32,000 nt of DNA from Candidatus Babelota bacterium (GTDB lineage: Bacteria > Babelota > Babeliae > Babelales > Vermiphilaceae): NCBI GenBank assembly GCA_039809905.1, contig JBDHVY010000001.1, positions 60,001 to 92,000 of the forward strand, in the 5' to 3' direction. Below are positions 1-8,480 of the stretch, piece after piece (the stretch's first letter is position 1; every line of letters starts with the position of its first letter). Made by a program: the position numbers and the translations under genes. The notes below the pieces were generated by a model that was not told where the DNA came from, ran no database searches, and saw nothing but the letters and a program-made list of their open reading frames with translations.

Positions 1-568
1 ACAACGATATTATTTCTGCAGGTGTATGGAATGTGCTCAATTGTTTTCTAACGCCATCAAATCCTGTAGTATCGAAAATATCTCTTATTACGTTAGCAAG
101 CCCTGCCGTATGACTTAATAAGTGATGCAGTGTAATTCTATGAGCCCAATCTGGCATTGTATTATTCCATATTGATGAGTCAGCCGAAAGAAATTGTGAT
201 AGAGGTTTGTGGAGTTGTTTTTCGACAAAAGAAAATTTTTCTGCTTCAGAATTACCATCGCTTATTGTATGAAGTGCATGCAACAACCCAACTGCTGTAA
301 ATTGCTTGGATAAAGAACCGATTAAAAATTGTGATTCATGAGGCAAATTTACCATTATACTGCTGCTTTTTGCATGCAGAATCATATTGCCATTTTTAAT
401 AATACACACTTCTCCATCAAGGACATTTTTTTGTTGTAATCCTTCGACTAATACACAAAAAGAATTTAGATTTTTTTTAGAGTAAAAAGATATGGTGTAA
501 AGAGTTAACAGAGCGATTGCGCAAAAAATACAAATTTTTGCAAAGCGTACACACTTAGTTGATGACAT
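1..568 (-). CDS. Beta-lactamase-family serine hydrolase (AmpC/esterase/PBP-like), N-terminal part; the gene runs off the window start
   Basis: Not in the ORF track because it is truncated by the edge. My translation of the minus strand from the ATG at 568..566 gives MSSTKCVRFAKICIFCAIALLTLYTISFY (signal/anchor), then ...HESQFLIGSLSKQFTAVGLLHAL. That is the S-x-x-K active-site context typical of this family. Confidence 0.6.
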   Translation of the reverse strand, partial: MSSTKCVRFAKICIFCAIALLTLYTISFYSKKNLNSFCVLVEGLQQKNVLDGEVCIIKNGNMILHAKSSSIMVNLPHESQFLIGSLSKQFTAVGLLHALHTISDGNSEAEKFSFVEKQLHKPLSQFLSADSSIWNNTMPDWAHRITLHHLLSHTAGLANVIRDIFDTTGFDGVRKQLSTFHTPAEIISL

Positions 569-591
569 ACAATTCCTTCTCATCGTATAAA

Positions 592-795
592 TTAATCTAC
601 TTTATAATTGTATACTTCTAAAATACTTTCATGAGCATTAGAAGGATTACTACTTAATACCACAAATCTATTATCACCAAGAAATCTGATTTTTAAAAAT
701 ATAAATCCTGAGCCAGGATTTAAAATATTTTTATGCTTATCATATAATAACTCTATTTTGTTTTCATAAATAAAAAACAACGTTCCGTGATGCAT
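592..795 (-). CDS. Small hypothetical protein (67 aa), possibly a gene remnant
   Basis: ORF track only. An in-frame stop lies immediately upstream. No convincing RBS and no recognisable motif. Confidence 0.25.
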   Translation of the reverse strand: MHHGTLFFIYENKIELLYDKHKNILNPGSGFIFLKIRFLGDNRFVVLSSNPSNAHESILEVYNYKVD

Positions 796-858
796 TCAAT
801 AATCAGAAAATACAGTTTACCGTTAGTTGACATACCATATAAACGCTTTTTTCATCAA

Positions 859-1596
859 CTAGTCGACTAATCGCAAAATCATCTTTTTAATGAAACAATA
901 AAAATCAAAGAATGGCGTAATAATTATATAAAATAAGAGACGATATTTTGGAATTAAATCTTCACGTATAAATCTAACATTTGAATTTGTTAGATAAATA
1001 CCCTTAATATGTTCATTAATATATTCATCTATATCAGTCACATCAGGATGAGTAATCCCATCGTATATTTTGGTAATATTGCTTAGCGCTTTATAAATTA
1101 AACTATTAACTTCGAGATAACGTCCCTGTTGTTTGTATAGTTCCATAAGATTTATGTAATTCCAAACATATTTATCACATAATTTGATCGATTGCTTAAG
1201 AAGTTCTTCTTCTACATTACAATCATCTTTTTTGCTTTTTTTATAAGACCAAGAAGCTACATATTTAAGCATTGAATTAATTTCATCGGAACCTGCATCA
1301 AGATTTTTTATCTGGTGTAAGAGCATGTCGTCAATACCTCCCAACTGATATTCATATACATGCGCGAGCACAATAAGTGCTATTGGATTATTGTATTCAA
1401 TAGCAAGTGCTTTTTCTAAACATGCTATACTCTTTTCATAATCCACAATTGGAACAGTTATGATAGCAATAGCAAGCTTTATCCAAATTTCGCTGGTATG
1501 AGTAGCAGTTTGCAATTCTTTTTCAACTACATTATAAAGCTCATCATAATTGTCTTGTATTTCTAATCTATCCAAATATGATAATAAATCTTTCAT
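859..1596 (-). CDS. Helical-repeat (TPR-like) protein; candidate immunity/partner of the upstream 634-aa protein
   Basis: 245-aa ORF. Its ATG overlaps the stop of the upstream gene (ATGA at 1593-1596 on the minus strand), indicating translational coupling. TPR-like helical segments by eye (EKSIACLEKALAIEYNNPIALIVLAHVY; LMELYKQQGRYLEVNSLIYKAL). Hydrophobic C-terminal tail. Confidence 0.6.
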   Translation of the reverse strand: MKDLLSYLDRLEIQDNYDELYNVVEKELQTATHTSEIWIKLAIAIITVPIVDYEKSIACLEKALAIEYNNPIALIVLAHVYEYQLGGIDDMLLHQIKNLDAGSDEINSMLKYVASWSYKKSKKDDCNVEEELLKQSIKLCDKYVWNYINLMELYKQQGRYLEVNSLIYKALSNITKIYDGITHPDVTDIDEYINEHIKGIYLTNSNVRFIREDLIPKYRLLFYIIITPFFDFYCFIKKMILRLVD

Positions 1597-3497
1597 CCCT
1601 GAAGGTTCCTTGCATCAATAAAGTTATTAAATATTCTACCAAATGTACTGAGAAATGCATTGATACCAATAACTTCGCCTTTTTGTATAAAACATCTTAC
1701 TTCTATATTATCAATTCCATTAAGCATGATTCGTAATTGATTATTGCCTTCTCTTAGACATCCTTTTTTATCTAAAAATAAAAGAGTCTCGCATAATGAA
1801 TCCATAATAGCTTCTTGGTTTTCACCTACTGCCATAAGACCTGCCTGCTCATGCTTTTCTGAAAATATATGTCTTCTATATTCCTCTATTTTTGCTCGTA
1901 AATTTCCTTGACGGATGATACCTTGATCCCCAACAGTAACAGTTGGTAAAGTATTTTTCTGGGATATCTTATTTTCAACAGTTTTTTTTAGACCAGAAGC
2001 GGCAGAACCTTTTCCATCTAATTTAATTTTATTCGATTTATGCGTAGCCTTAAAGAGCAAACCTTCCGGTGTTGTTAAATATTCCTGTGGATTTAACAAT
2101 GAATTATTTTTAACAAAGCTAATGCTTTTGTGTTTAATGGTGGTACAAAACTTACTTAAGCCACCAAGCAATTTGCTTTGTGCTTTATAACCAACTACAA
2201 AAGCTGTGCTACCTTTAATCGCATCTCTTACCGTTATTTCTTTTTTGTTTATGGCATCGATAATATTATTGAGTGGCCCAGCATATTTATTCCATTTTTC
2301 TTTCGCACCATCCATATTATGCATGGCAGTTAAGCCAACATCGGCAACGTTATAAAGAACCTTACACAATTGAAATGCAAGAATCTGTTTACCTGCAACA
2401 ATCGATACCGTTGCTTCAATTGGATTGGTGAGAATATCATGCATAGCAGAATACATTCCAAGCGCAGCCCCTTCAGCAATTGCTTGGCCATAATCAAGCA
2501 ATGTCCAACACAAATCACCAATTGTCATAGCTTTATCTGTCATGCCTACATGATTATAATCGACCATTGCAGCAGTTAAATCGACCAATGCTTCTTGATG
2601 ATCATATAAAACTGAATGATGCATTAAACTATCAATACTCTCAAGAATCTTGAGCGATTCTTGGTGGATAACTTGCTGCAATTGATTCCCAGAACAGTGA
2701 GTAAAAAGAACTAATTCATGTCCATAGTGAGATAAAAGCTCTTTGACATTCTTATTCAGATTGTAGGGTTTATTTATTCGCTCCAATACAAAATCGCGAT
2801 CAGCAATATTATAGTATATAGCTGATCGCGTATTAATCGCTTTTGCTAACGAAGGCGTGTAAATATCATAAACAGCCGTTAATTCTTTATATTCTGCACA
2901 TTGATTAGCAAAAGTTGCAACATCAAAGGTTGCTACTTTTGTGCTAGCAACAGGTAACGTATTATGAGAGCCACTATCCTGCGAAATTGCTTTAACTGCA
3001 TTAAGCTGCTTATATAAATAGGCAATACGCTTTTGTAATTTTCTACAATATGTTCCCTTCGCTACACGCCAAGCCTTTTGAAACAGATTAAGATTTTTTA
3101 ATTCAGCATATAGTCTTTGGATTGTACCTTTGTAGCTGGGATATGTTTGGGCATATTGTACAAATGCATCATATATGTATAAACAGCGCTGATTTAATAG
3201 CTCTGATTCTGTGTAGCCGCAGCCGCCAAAACGATGTTGAAAATCTTCTATTGTATATGAGTCAAAGTTCTTTGCATTCCTAGATGATCCATGATCATTA
3301 AAATTATTCCACGTATGATCATAAGAAAAATCACCATGAACACTATTATTACCAGAATCTTTTTTGTATTCATGAGTAAATACGGAAAGCTTTATTTGAG
3401 CGCAATTCGACCAATCGGAACTAAAAGATGTGGAATATAAAACAGAAAAAAGTGCAACAAAAAACCGTAATGTTTTATATAGACTATTCATACTCAC
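1593..3497 (-). CDS. Large secreted protein with a discrete C-terminal ~110-aa module after a Lys/Gly-rich linker; candidate toxin, family not recognised
   Basis: 634-aa ORF. N-terminal Sec-type signal (MSMNSLYKTLRFFVALFSVLYSTSFS). Linker ...KLDGKGSAASGLKKTVENKISQKN.... The C-terminal module starts ...YRRHIFSEKHEQAG... and ends with beta-like segments (IEVRCFIQKGEVIGINAF). Confidence 0.75.
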   Translation of the reverse strand: MSMNSLYKTLRFFVALFSVLYSTSFSSDWSNCAQIKLSVFTHEYKKDSGNNSVHGDFSYDHTWNNFNDHGSSRNAKNFDSYTIEDFQHRFGGCGYTESELLNQRCLYIYDAFVQYAQTYPSYKGTIQRLYAELKNLNLFQKAWRVAKGTYCRKLQKRIAYLYKQLNAVKAISQDSGSHNTLPVASTKVATFDVATFANQCAEYKELTAVYDIYTPSLAKAINTRSAIYYNIADRDFVLERINKPYNLNKNVKELLSHYGHELVLFTHCSGNQLQQVIHQESLKILESIDSLMHHSVLYDHQEALVDLTAAMVDYNHVGMTDKAMTIGDLCWTLLDYGQAIAEGAALGMYSAMHDILTNPIEATVSIVAGKQILAFQLCKVLYNVADVGLTAMHNMDGAKEKWNKYAGPLNNIIDAINKKEITVRDAIKGSTAFVVGYKAQSKLLGGLSKFCTTIKHKSISFVKNNSLLNPQEYLTTPEGLLFKATHKSNKIKLDGKGSAASGLKKTVENKISQKNTLPTVTVGDQGIIRQGNLRAKIEEYRRHIFSEKHEQAGLMAVGENQEAIMDSLCETLLFLDKKGCLREGNNQLRIMLNGIDNIEVRCFIQKGEVIGINAFLSTFGRIFNNFIDARNLQG

Positions 3498-3587
3498 TCC
3501 TTTTTTAAAGCAACTAGATGCAGTTTAAAAAAAAGAGTATGCAAGATTTAAAACAAAGAAAAGAAAATAGTAGATGTCATTAAAAAC

Positions 3588-3662
3588 CTGGCCCCGCAAC
3601 TCTAGCTTTACGCGTAGGCTGGTATGCCCGATCCTACTTCGCCAAGGCTACGTCGGACACGG
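3588..3662. repeat. GC-rich palindromic repeat element (same family as 3903-3950 and 18831-19003)
   Basis: A GC-rich block in AT-rich surroundings. It contains gatcctacttcgccaaggctacgtcgga, closely matching the reverse complement of 18957-18985 (tcctacttcgctaaagctacgaagga). Confidence 0.55.
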
Positions 3663-3704
3663 CAGGAATTGAACCTGTGACCTGCAGATTAGGAATCTAC
3701 CGCT
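3663..3704 (-). pseudogene. Partial duplicate of tRNA-Arg(CCT): anticodon arm to T arm only
   Basis: 42 nt match 3815-3856 of the intact tRNA with 1 mismatch (36 nt perfect: caggaattgaacctgtgacctgcagattaggaatct). No matching acceptor or D arm could be folded from the flanks. Confidence 0.7.
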
Positions 3705-3802
3705 TTAAGCCCATCTTCACTACATTACGACGGGCACCCATATAGAGAACCAAAAATAAAAATCATATTCAAAAGTACGATATCCCCTGATGGGGAACCA
3801 AG

Positions 3803-3879
3803 TGGTGCGCCCAACAGGAATTGAACCTGTGACCTGCAGATTAGGAATCTGCCGCTCTATCCGACTGAGCTACGGGCGC
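3803..3879 (-). tRNA. tRNA-Arg (anticodon CCT), CCA encoded
   Basis: The reverse complement folds by hand into a cloverleaf: GCGCCCG-TA-GCTC-AGTCGGATA-GAGC-G-GCAGA-TTCCTAA-TCTGC-AGGTC-ACAGG-TTCAATT-CCTGT-TGGGCGC-A-CCA. Confidence 0.85.
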
Positions 3880-3902
3880 TCATTATAAATCATTTAAAAA
3901 AA

Positions 3903-3950
3903 GGCAAAGCCAGACGTCCTTCGACAAGCTCAGGATGAGCGGGTGCGAAG
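3903..3950. repeat. GC-rich repeat element immediately 3' of tRNA-Arg(TCG)
   Basis: gtccttcgacaagctcaggatgagcgg resembles the reverse complement of 18980-19003 (gttcgtatccttcgacaggctc). GC-rich island in an AT-rich context. Confidence 0.5.
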
Positions 3951-3952
3951 TA

Positions 3953-4029
3953 TGGCGCGCCTGGCAGGATTCGAACCTGCGACCTACTGATTCGAAGTCA
4001 GGCGCTCTATCCGACTGAGCTACAGGCGC
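3953..4029 (-). tRNA. tRNA-Arg (anticodon TCG), CCA encoded
   Basis: The reverse complement folds by hand: GCGCCTG-TA-GCTC-AGTCGGATA-GAGC-G-CCTGA-CTTCGAA-TCAGT-AGGTC-GCAGG-TTCGAAT-CCTGC-CAGGCGC-G-CCA. There is one C-U mismatch at the top of the anticodon stem. Confidence 0.85.
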
Positions 4030-4223
4030 AATATCTTTTATTCTATCAAACTCTCTTATCTTCACCGGGGTCCCCATTCGTAATGAAATGAAGGATGGGG
4101 CAAAGAAGCTCTATCCGACTGAGCTACAGGCGCAAATTTTTTATTATTCTTTCAATCTTTCTTACTCTTCACCGGGGTCCCTATTCGTAATGAAATGAAG
4201 GATGGGGTAAAGCTACAGGCGCA
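4030..4223. repeat. Two tandem ~90-105-bp units upstream of tRNA-Arg(TCG), each ending in a copy of the tRNA 5' end
   Basis: Unit A is 4030-4134 and unit B is 4135-4223. Both contain cttcaccggggtccc(c/t)attcgtaatgaaatgaaggatgggg(c/t)aaag. Unit A ends with ctctatccgactgagctacaggcgc (25 nt, equal to tRNA positions 1-25). Unit B ends with agctacaggcgc (12 nt). Confidence 0.75.
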
Positions 4224-4347
4224 TTAAGTTTATTATATTTTACCAACTTTTCTTGATTTGACCAGTAAAATCGAGGCTTTTGAACTATTTTCAATTTATT
4301 GTTACCCTGAAAATAGGGATAGAGCACATAACCTGGGGGAAAATCTT

Positions 4348-4836
4348 ATGCATTATTCATTTTTTAGCCGAATCAGAGATATTTTATTTCTTGGCGCATT
4401 AGCCTTCTTAATCAATATTGCGTTTAATCGAACAAAATCTTTTATTGGTGAACACAAAAAATCTATTGTTCATGAACTTGATCGTAATTTTATTGATGAA
4501 ATTTATACAGCACAGCGTCAATTGCATTTTTTAGAGGAAAATTATGCACATAATGATGAAATTGTTCATATAATTTCTGATATTAAAGAACGATTAGCAG
4601 TAATAGAAGAAAAATATAAAACCAATTCACCAGGCACAATGTTATTAGGCCCTATTGGATCTGCTGCGATTGTCACCAAAGAAGAAAAATTACAAAAAAA
4701 TTTACTTGATGTGGTAAATGATATCAACAAACTATTACACATAATTAACAGTAAAGAAAATACATTTCAACATATACCAACAATCACTGCAGCACTTGAA
4801 AATAATAAGCTGTTATTGCAATCAATAACAGCTTAA
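4348..4836 (+). CDS. Hypothetical membrane-anchored helical protein
   Basis: The ORF track gives 4258-4836. I prefer the in-frame ATG at 4348, preceded by GGGGGA 8 nt upstream. The N-terminus has one hydrophobic helix (ILFLGALAFLINIAF); the rest looks helical or coiled. No family recognised. Confidence 0.55.
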   Translation: MHYSFFSRIRDILFLGALAFLINIAFNRTKSFIGEHKKSIVHELDRNFIDEIYTAQRQLHFLEENYAHNDEIVHIISDIKERLAVIEEKYKTNSPGTMLLGPIGSAAIVTKEEKLQKNLLDVVNDINKLLHIINSKENTFQHIPTITAALENNKLLLQSITA

Positions 4837-4846
4837 TGTTGTTGGA

Positions 4847-6343
4847 TTACCAACCGAAAAACATTTTTATTTTATTCTTCACTCGTCGCCATATTGAATC
4901 ATTTTCCAAAGTTTTTTCACTCAAAACTCCAAATATTTTTTTTACATTTTTTTCGAGAAAAATATTAATCAATGGATTTTGCAATTCTGCTATCGTAGAA
5001 CAGCACGCAGCAGCCGGATCTCCTGATGCAGTAAGCATCCCAGCCCAGTATTCATTACCGGGATATGAATTACCATCCCACGCATAGCACGCAACAAGTA
5101 ATTTGCCTTTATTTCCACCATTTAATGTATCAGCAGGATTTCTTTTAGAAAAATGAATTGCCATTCTTTTTTTAATCTTTTCCCATGTTAATACATCGAT
5201 GGCACTTCTAGTCTGCTGCACATGTGCAGGAAACCAACTAAAATCAATATCACTAACGTTAAATAAATGACTATCACTGATGACATCCGCATATACGCTC
5301 AGCATATAATTTGCCTGTTTTTCATGTATTTGCCAAACACCCAGCCCAAGACCAACCACATGTACATATGCTCTTTTATTTTCTAGCTTAGCACGCTTAT
5401 TGGCATCCATTAAAAATGGTTTTACCACTAAACCAATACGCTTTTTGTATACCGATGTGTTCAAATAAAACCCATTCTTGAGCAAAAGATATTTTCCTGA
5501 ACGATCTGATTGCGCTTCAGCAAATGTTGGAAATTTTTCACCATATAAATTGGACCACAAAGCAAGAATCCCTTGATTTGTTGCTTTTAAACCATATCCT
5601 TTTTCTTGCGTATTCTGTTGGGGAGTTATTATCATCTGTTGCCATTCCATATAACCAGGCTTTTCAAAACGAGCACCTACTAATCCAACATAAATACCTT
5701 CTTCTTCATAAGAACCATCAATACCCACAACAGCTTGATTATTACGCGCACCATTATTGATAAAATATGTTGGAACAGAAACACCAATAAGAGCCGCTAC
5801 TGCCATTTCATCGTATGAAAGATAATCTTTAAGCACTAAAGGATTTTGTTCTTCTTCCATTCCAATTGTTTCAAAACCACCAAATCCAGATTGATTATGA
5901 GATCTCAAAAGATATTGGTCTTGCTCAGTCATAAACATTAATGGTCGCTTAATTAAAAGACGCATAATAAACTGGTCCAAAGACATATTTTTATACACAG
6001 CTTTTTCTTTTGATGTTCCATTATTCTTTTTATATTCTAAAAACTGTTCTATAAAAGGTTGTACTTTTGGATGTATCAATGGATACGTATTTTCTGCATG
6101 ATATGCTATACGATCTTTTTTTGTCTGATCATTACCTGCAATTTTAGCAATCCTATTATTTTGCGTAGGAAATTTTCCAATTTCATCATTAAACTTACAA
6201 GATTGATCTGCCAATATGCTAAACCGATCTTTGTCAGTCAATATTGATTTTTTGACGCTCTGGTATTTTGCATGCACAAAAGAAAAACACACACTGCTTA
6301 CTATAAGGAGCACAAGTGTTTTTTTTAAAAAAATTTTGTTCAT
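4847..6343 (-). CDS. Secreted hypothetical protein (498 aa)
   Basis: Long ORF with a signal peptide (MNKIFLKKTLVLLIVSSVCFSFVHA). Its ATG overlaps the tlyA stop (TAATG at 6341-6345), suggesting an operon. Conserved-looking motif ACYAWDGNSYPGNEYWAGMLTASGDPAAA, but I cannot name the family. Confidence 0.75.
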   Translation of the reverse strand: MNKIFLKKTLVLLIVSSVCFSFVHAKYQSVKKSILTDKDRFSILADQSCKFNDEIGKFPTQNNRIAKIAGNDQTKKDRIAYHAENTYPLIHPKVQPFIEQFLEYKKNNGTSKEKAVYKNMSLDQFIMRLLIKRPLMFMTEQDQYLLRSHNQSGFGGFETIGMEEEQNPLVLKDYLSYDEMAVAALIGVSVPTYFINNGARNNQAVVGIDGSYEEEGIYVGLVGARFEKPGYMEWQQMIITPQQNTQEKGYGLKATNQGILALWSNLYGEKFPTFAEAQSDRSGKYLLLKNGFYLNTSVYKKRIGLVVKPFLMDANKRAKLENKRAYVHVVGLGLGVWQIHEKQANYMLSVYADVISDSHLFNVSDIDFSWFPAHVQQTRSAIDVLTWEKIKKRMAIHFSKRNPADTLNGGNKGKLLVACYAWDGNSYPGNEYWAGMLTASGDPAAACCSTIAELQNPLINIFLEKNVKKIFGVLSEKTLENDSIWRRVKNKIKMFFGW

Positions 6344-7089
6344 TATTTTTTCTCACTTTTTCGTGTAAAATATGCCAAAAATTCTTTATTTCCTTTAGTT
6401 CCGGTAATAGGCGATTCTATCACCCCCACACAATCAAATCCGTATTTCTTGATGCCATCAACGGTAGTATCAACCAGTAGTTGCCTGACATGATCATCTC
6501 GAACAATGCCACCTGCTCCAATTTCATGCTTACTTGCTTCAAATTGTGGTTTAATAAGCACTATTAAGCTACCATCTTTTTTTAATACTTTACATACAGT
6601 AGGCATAACTTTTAAAACAGAAATGAATGATAAATCCAGCGTTACCAGATCAACCAACTCACCAACTGTTTCCAAAATTCTCAGATTTGTTTTTTCCAAT
6701 AAAATAAGCCGTTCATCTCTGCGAATTTTATCATGCACATCACCGTAACCAACATCCACACCATAAACTTTTTTTGCACACCGCTGCAATAGGCAATCGG
6801 TAAACCCTCCCGTTGAAATACCTGCATCAAGCACAATTAAACCAGTAACATCAATAGCAAAATGATCTAAAGCTTTTTCTAATTTAAAACCCGCACGACT
6901 CACAAATTTTTGCTCTTCAATAGTATGCGTAATTTCTTGCTCTTCAGTTACAATGGTACCTGGTTTTGTAACTTTTTCTCCATCTACAAAAACTTTTCCT
7001 TGCATGATCCAACCTTGAATATGCTTTTCATCGTGTCCTGGTAAAAGTTCCTGAAGTTTAGCATCAAGGCGTTTTTTTATTTTGGCCAT
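6343..7089 (-). CDS. tlyA: TlyA-family 16S/23S rRNA (cytidine-2'-O)-methyltransferase (hemolysin A-like)
   Basis: S4-like N-terminus (RLDAKLQELL...GWIMQGKVFVDGEKVTKPG). FtsJ-type SAM motif (VLDAGISTGGFTDCLLQRCAKKVYGVDVGYG). Start chosen at MAKIKKRLD (ATG at 7089), rather than the upstream ORF-track start at 7143, which would overlap a terminator hairpin. Confidence 0.85.
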   Translation of the reverse strand: MAKIKKRLDAKLQELLPGHDEKHIQGWIMQGKVFVDGEKVTKPGTIVTEEQEITHTIEEQKFVSRAGFKLEKALDHFAIDVTGLIVLDAGISTGGFTDCLLQRCAKKVYGVDVGYGDVHDKIRRDERLILLEKTNLRILETVGELVDLVTLDLSFISVLKVMPTVCKVLKKDGSLIVLIKPQFEASKHEIGAGGIVRDDHVRQLLVDTTVDGIKKYGFDCVGVIESPITGTKGNKEFLAYFTRKSEKK

Positions 7090-7123
7090 AAGTAACTCAC
7101 ATTCTTTATGTATTAATATAATT

Positions 7124-7153
7124 AAAAAACGGCATATAAACATGCCGTTTTTT
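7124..7153 (-). terminator. Rho-independent terminator downstream of the 7194-8273 gene
   Basis: Hairpin cggcat(7130-7135)/atgccg(7142-7147), flanked by A-run/T-run (aaaaaacggcatataaacatgccgtttttt). Confidence 0.6.
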
Positions 7154-7193
7154 AATTATATCATTGTTACGATCTTTTATTTATCTCATATTT

Positions 7194-8273
7194 TTAGGGT
7201 TTTGTTTTATCTGCCTTAGCATTCAATTCATTAACATATTCAAAAATAGTTTTCTTCTTATTTTCATAAAGATCTTGGCAAGAACCTACAATTCGATCAG
7301 CCCAATAACCATTAAAAAGTCTACCACTAGCAAATTTCTTTGCCTGGCAATTAGTTGTGATACGTTTAACTGCATCGTATTCGACCCGATCTCGTGTGGT
7401 ATACGTTGGAATAGTAACTGCTAATCCACTAAAATTGTTGAAGGCAACAAGAGGTTTGTCATTTTTCGATTCACCACGCAATTGACATAATTCATTTTCA
7501 TCGGTTGTGCTATATCTATTTTCGACCATGTAGTCAAATTGACCGAATGTTATATCGGTATTTGGACTTCTTTGCGTAAATAAAACAAGTCGTTTGTTAT
7601 TAGATCTCATCCACCCAAGAGTAGGCCATTGTGATTTATTAGCAGTATAATCCGCAACTTTATATATAGGATCATATTGTGCTTCAGCTACTAGTTCTTT
7701 TATTTCCTTGGCAAGATCTGCATTACCAACATAATCCTCAAAGATGATAGTAATAACCGCTTTTGGATTTACTCTCATAAATTCAATAATACGGCGCATT
7801 TCATGTTTAAGAGATTGATATTTCGTAATTCCTTTTTGGGTAAATGCCAAAACTCCTGGTGCCGGATGCGACAAACAAATTTTGTTTGATGTTTTAGGCC
7901 CTATCAAAGAAGATGGCCAGCCAAGATCCCAACGATAAGTATCTAACATTAATCCACGTACTCCATAAGAAAGATGCCCTAGTATTGTTTGATCTTGCTG
8001 GCGTACTGTTTTAAAAAAGCGAGGATAAACATGCGCATTATGAGCCCCTACATATCGGTAATCAGCATAACTGAGCGTATCTGCTGGCTCTGTAAAATGA
8101 TTCGCATTTCTATTGGCTTCATTAGCATCCTCAGCCCAATAAGGATCATTGATAGAATCACGTTGAGCAGCAGGAAGTTCCACCGGAAGTGGTGCCGCTA
8201 TACTATTTGATTGTTGAATCATAATACATGATACAACAAATAATAATCTCTTTTCCATCAATGATATTTTCAT
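7194..8273 (-). CDS. Secreted PLC-like phosphodiesterase (PI-PLC X-box-like TIM barrel)
   Basis: Signal peptide. Motifs YVGAHNAH and SYGVRGLMLDTY resemble the catalytic His and strand motifs of PI-PLC X-domain proteins. Assignment is from memory of family motifs only. Confidence 0.55.
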   Translation of the reverse strand: MKISLMEKRLLFVVSCIMIQQSNSIAAPLPVELPAAQRDSINDPYWAEDANEANRNANHFTEPADTLSYADYRYVGAHNAHVYPRFFKTVRQQDQTILGHLSYGVRGLMLDTYRWDLGWPSSLIGPKTSNKICLSHPAPGVLAFTQKGITKYQSLKHEMRRIIEFMRVNPKAVITIIFEDYVGNADLAKEIKELVAEAQYDPIYKVADYTANKSQWPTLGWMRSNNKRLVLFTQRSPNTDITFGQFDYMVENRYSTTDENELCQLRGESKNDKPLVAFNNFSGLAVTIPTYTTRDRVEYDAVKRITTNCQAKKFASGRLFNGYWADRIVGSCQDLYENKKKTIFEYVNELNAKADKTKP

Positions 8274-8411
8274 ATTAGCCCCCTAATAATATATAATTTT
8301 TCTATCATGCTTTATATATATCAAAAAAATTAAATACAAATCAAGAATGTTTTGAAAAGTAAAAAATTGTTTTTGCACTAATAGGTTTTTGTGAAAATTA
8401 AAAGCTAAAGC

Positions 8412-8459
8412 AAAAAAGCAGCAGACAAACTACATTATTATAGTTTGTCTGCTGCTTTT
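8412..8459 (-). terminator. Rho-independent terminator after the GMC oxidoreductase gene
   Basis: 15-bp perfect stem gcagcagacaaacta(8418-8432)/tagtttgtctgctgc(8441-8455), followed by a T-run on the minus strand. Confidence 0.7.
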
Positions 8460-8480
8460 ACTTAAAATGATACTACTTTA

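Noticed and set aside
1650-1900. HEPN-type R-x(4-6)-H motif in the 634-aa protein (RRHIFSEKH)
   Set aside because: The spacing is borderline. The motif sits at the start of the module, not near the end of a four-helix bundle, and the region downstream looks beta-rich rather than all-alpha.
3655-3735. Possible third tRNA (anticodon loop TTCCTAA with a T arm)
   Set aside because: Only the anticodon and T arms are present. I could not pair a 7-bp acceptor stem or form a D arm. I treat it as a partial duplicate of tRNA-Arg(CCT).
3883-4077. 64-aa ORF on the minus strand
   Set aside because: It is made up entirely of the tRNA-Arg(TCG) gene, a GC-rich repeat and tRNA flanks. It is a translation artefact of RNA and repeat sequence.
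4836-5087. 83-aa + strand ORF after the 4348-4836 gene
   Set aside because: It lies entirely antisense to the 3' end of the 498-aa CDS. The conserved-looking motif (GDPAAA… region) is encoded on the minus strand.
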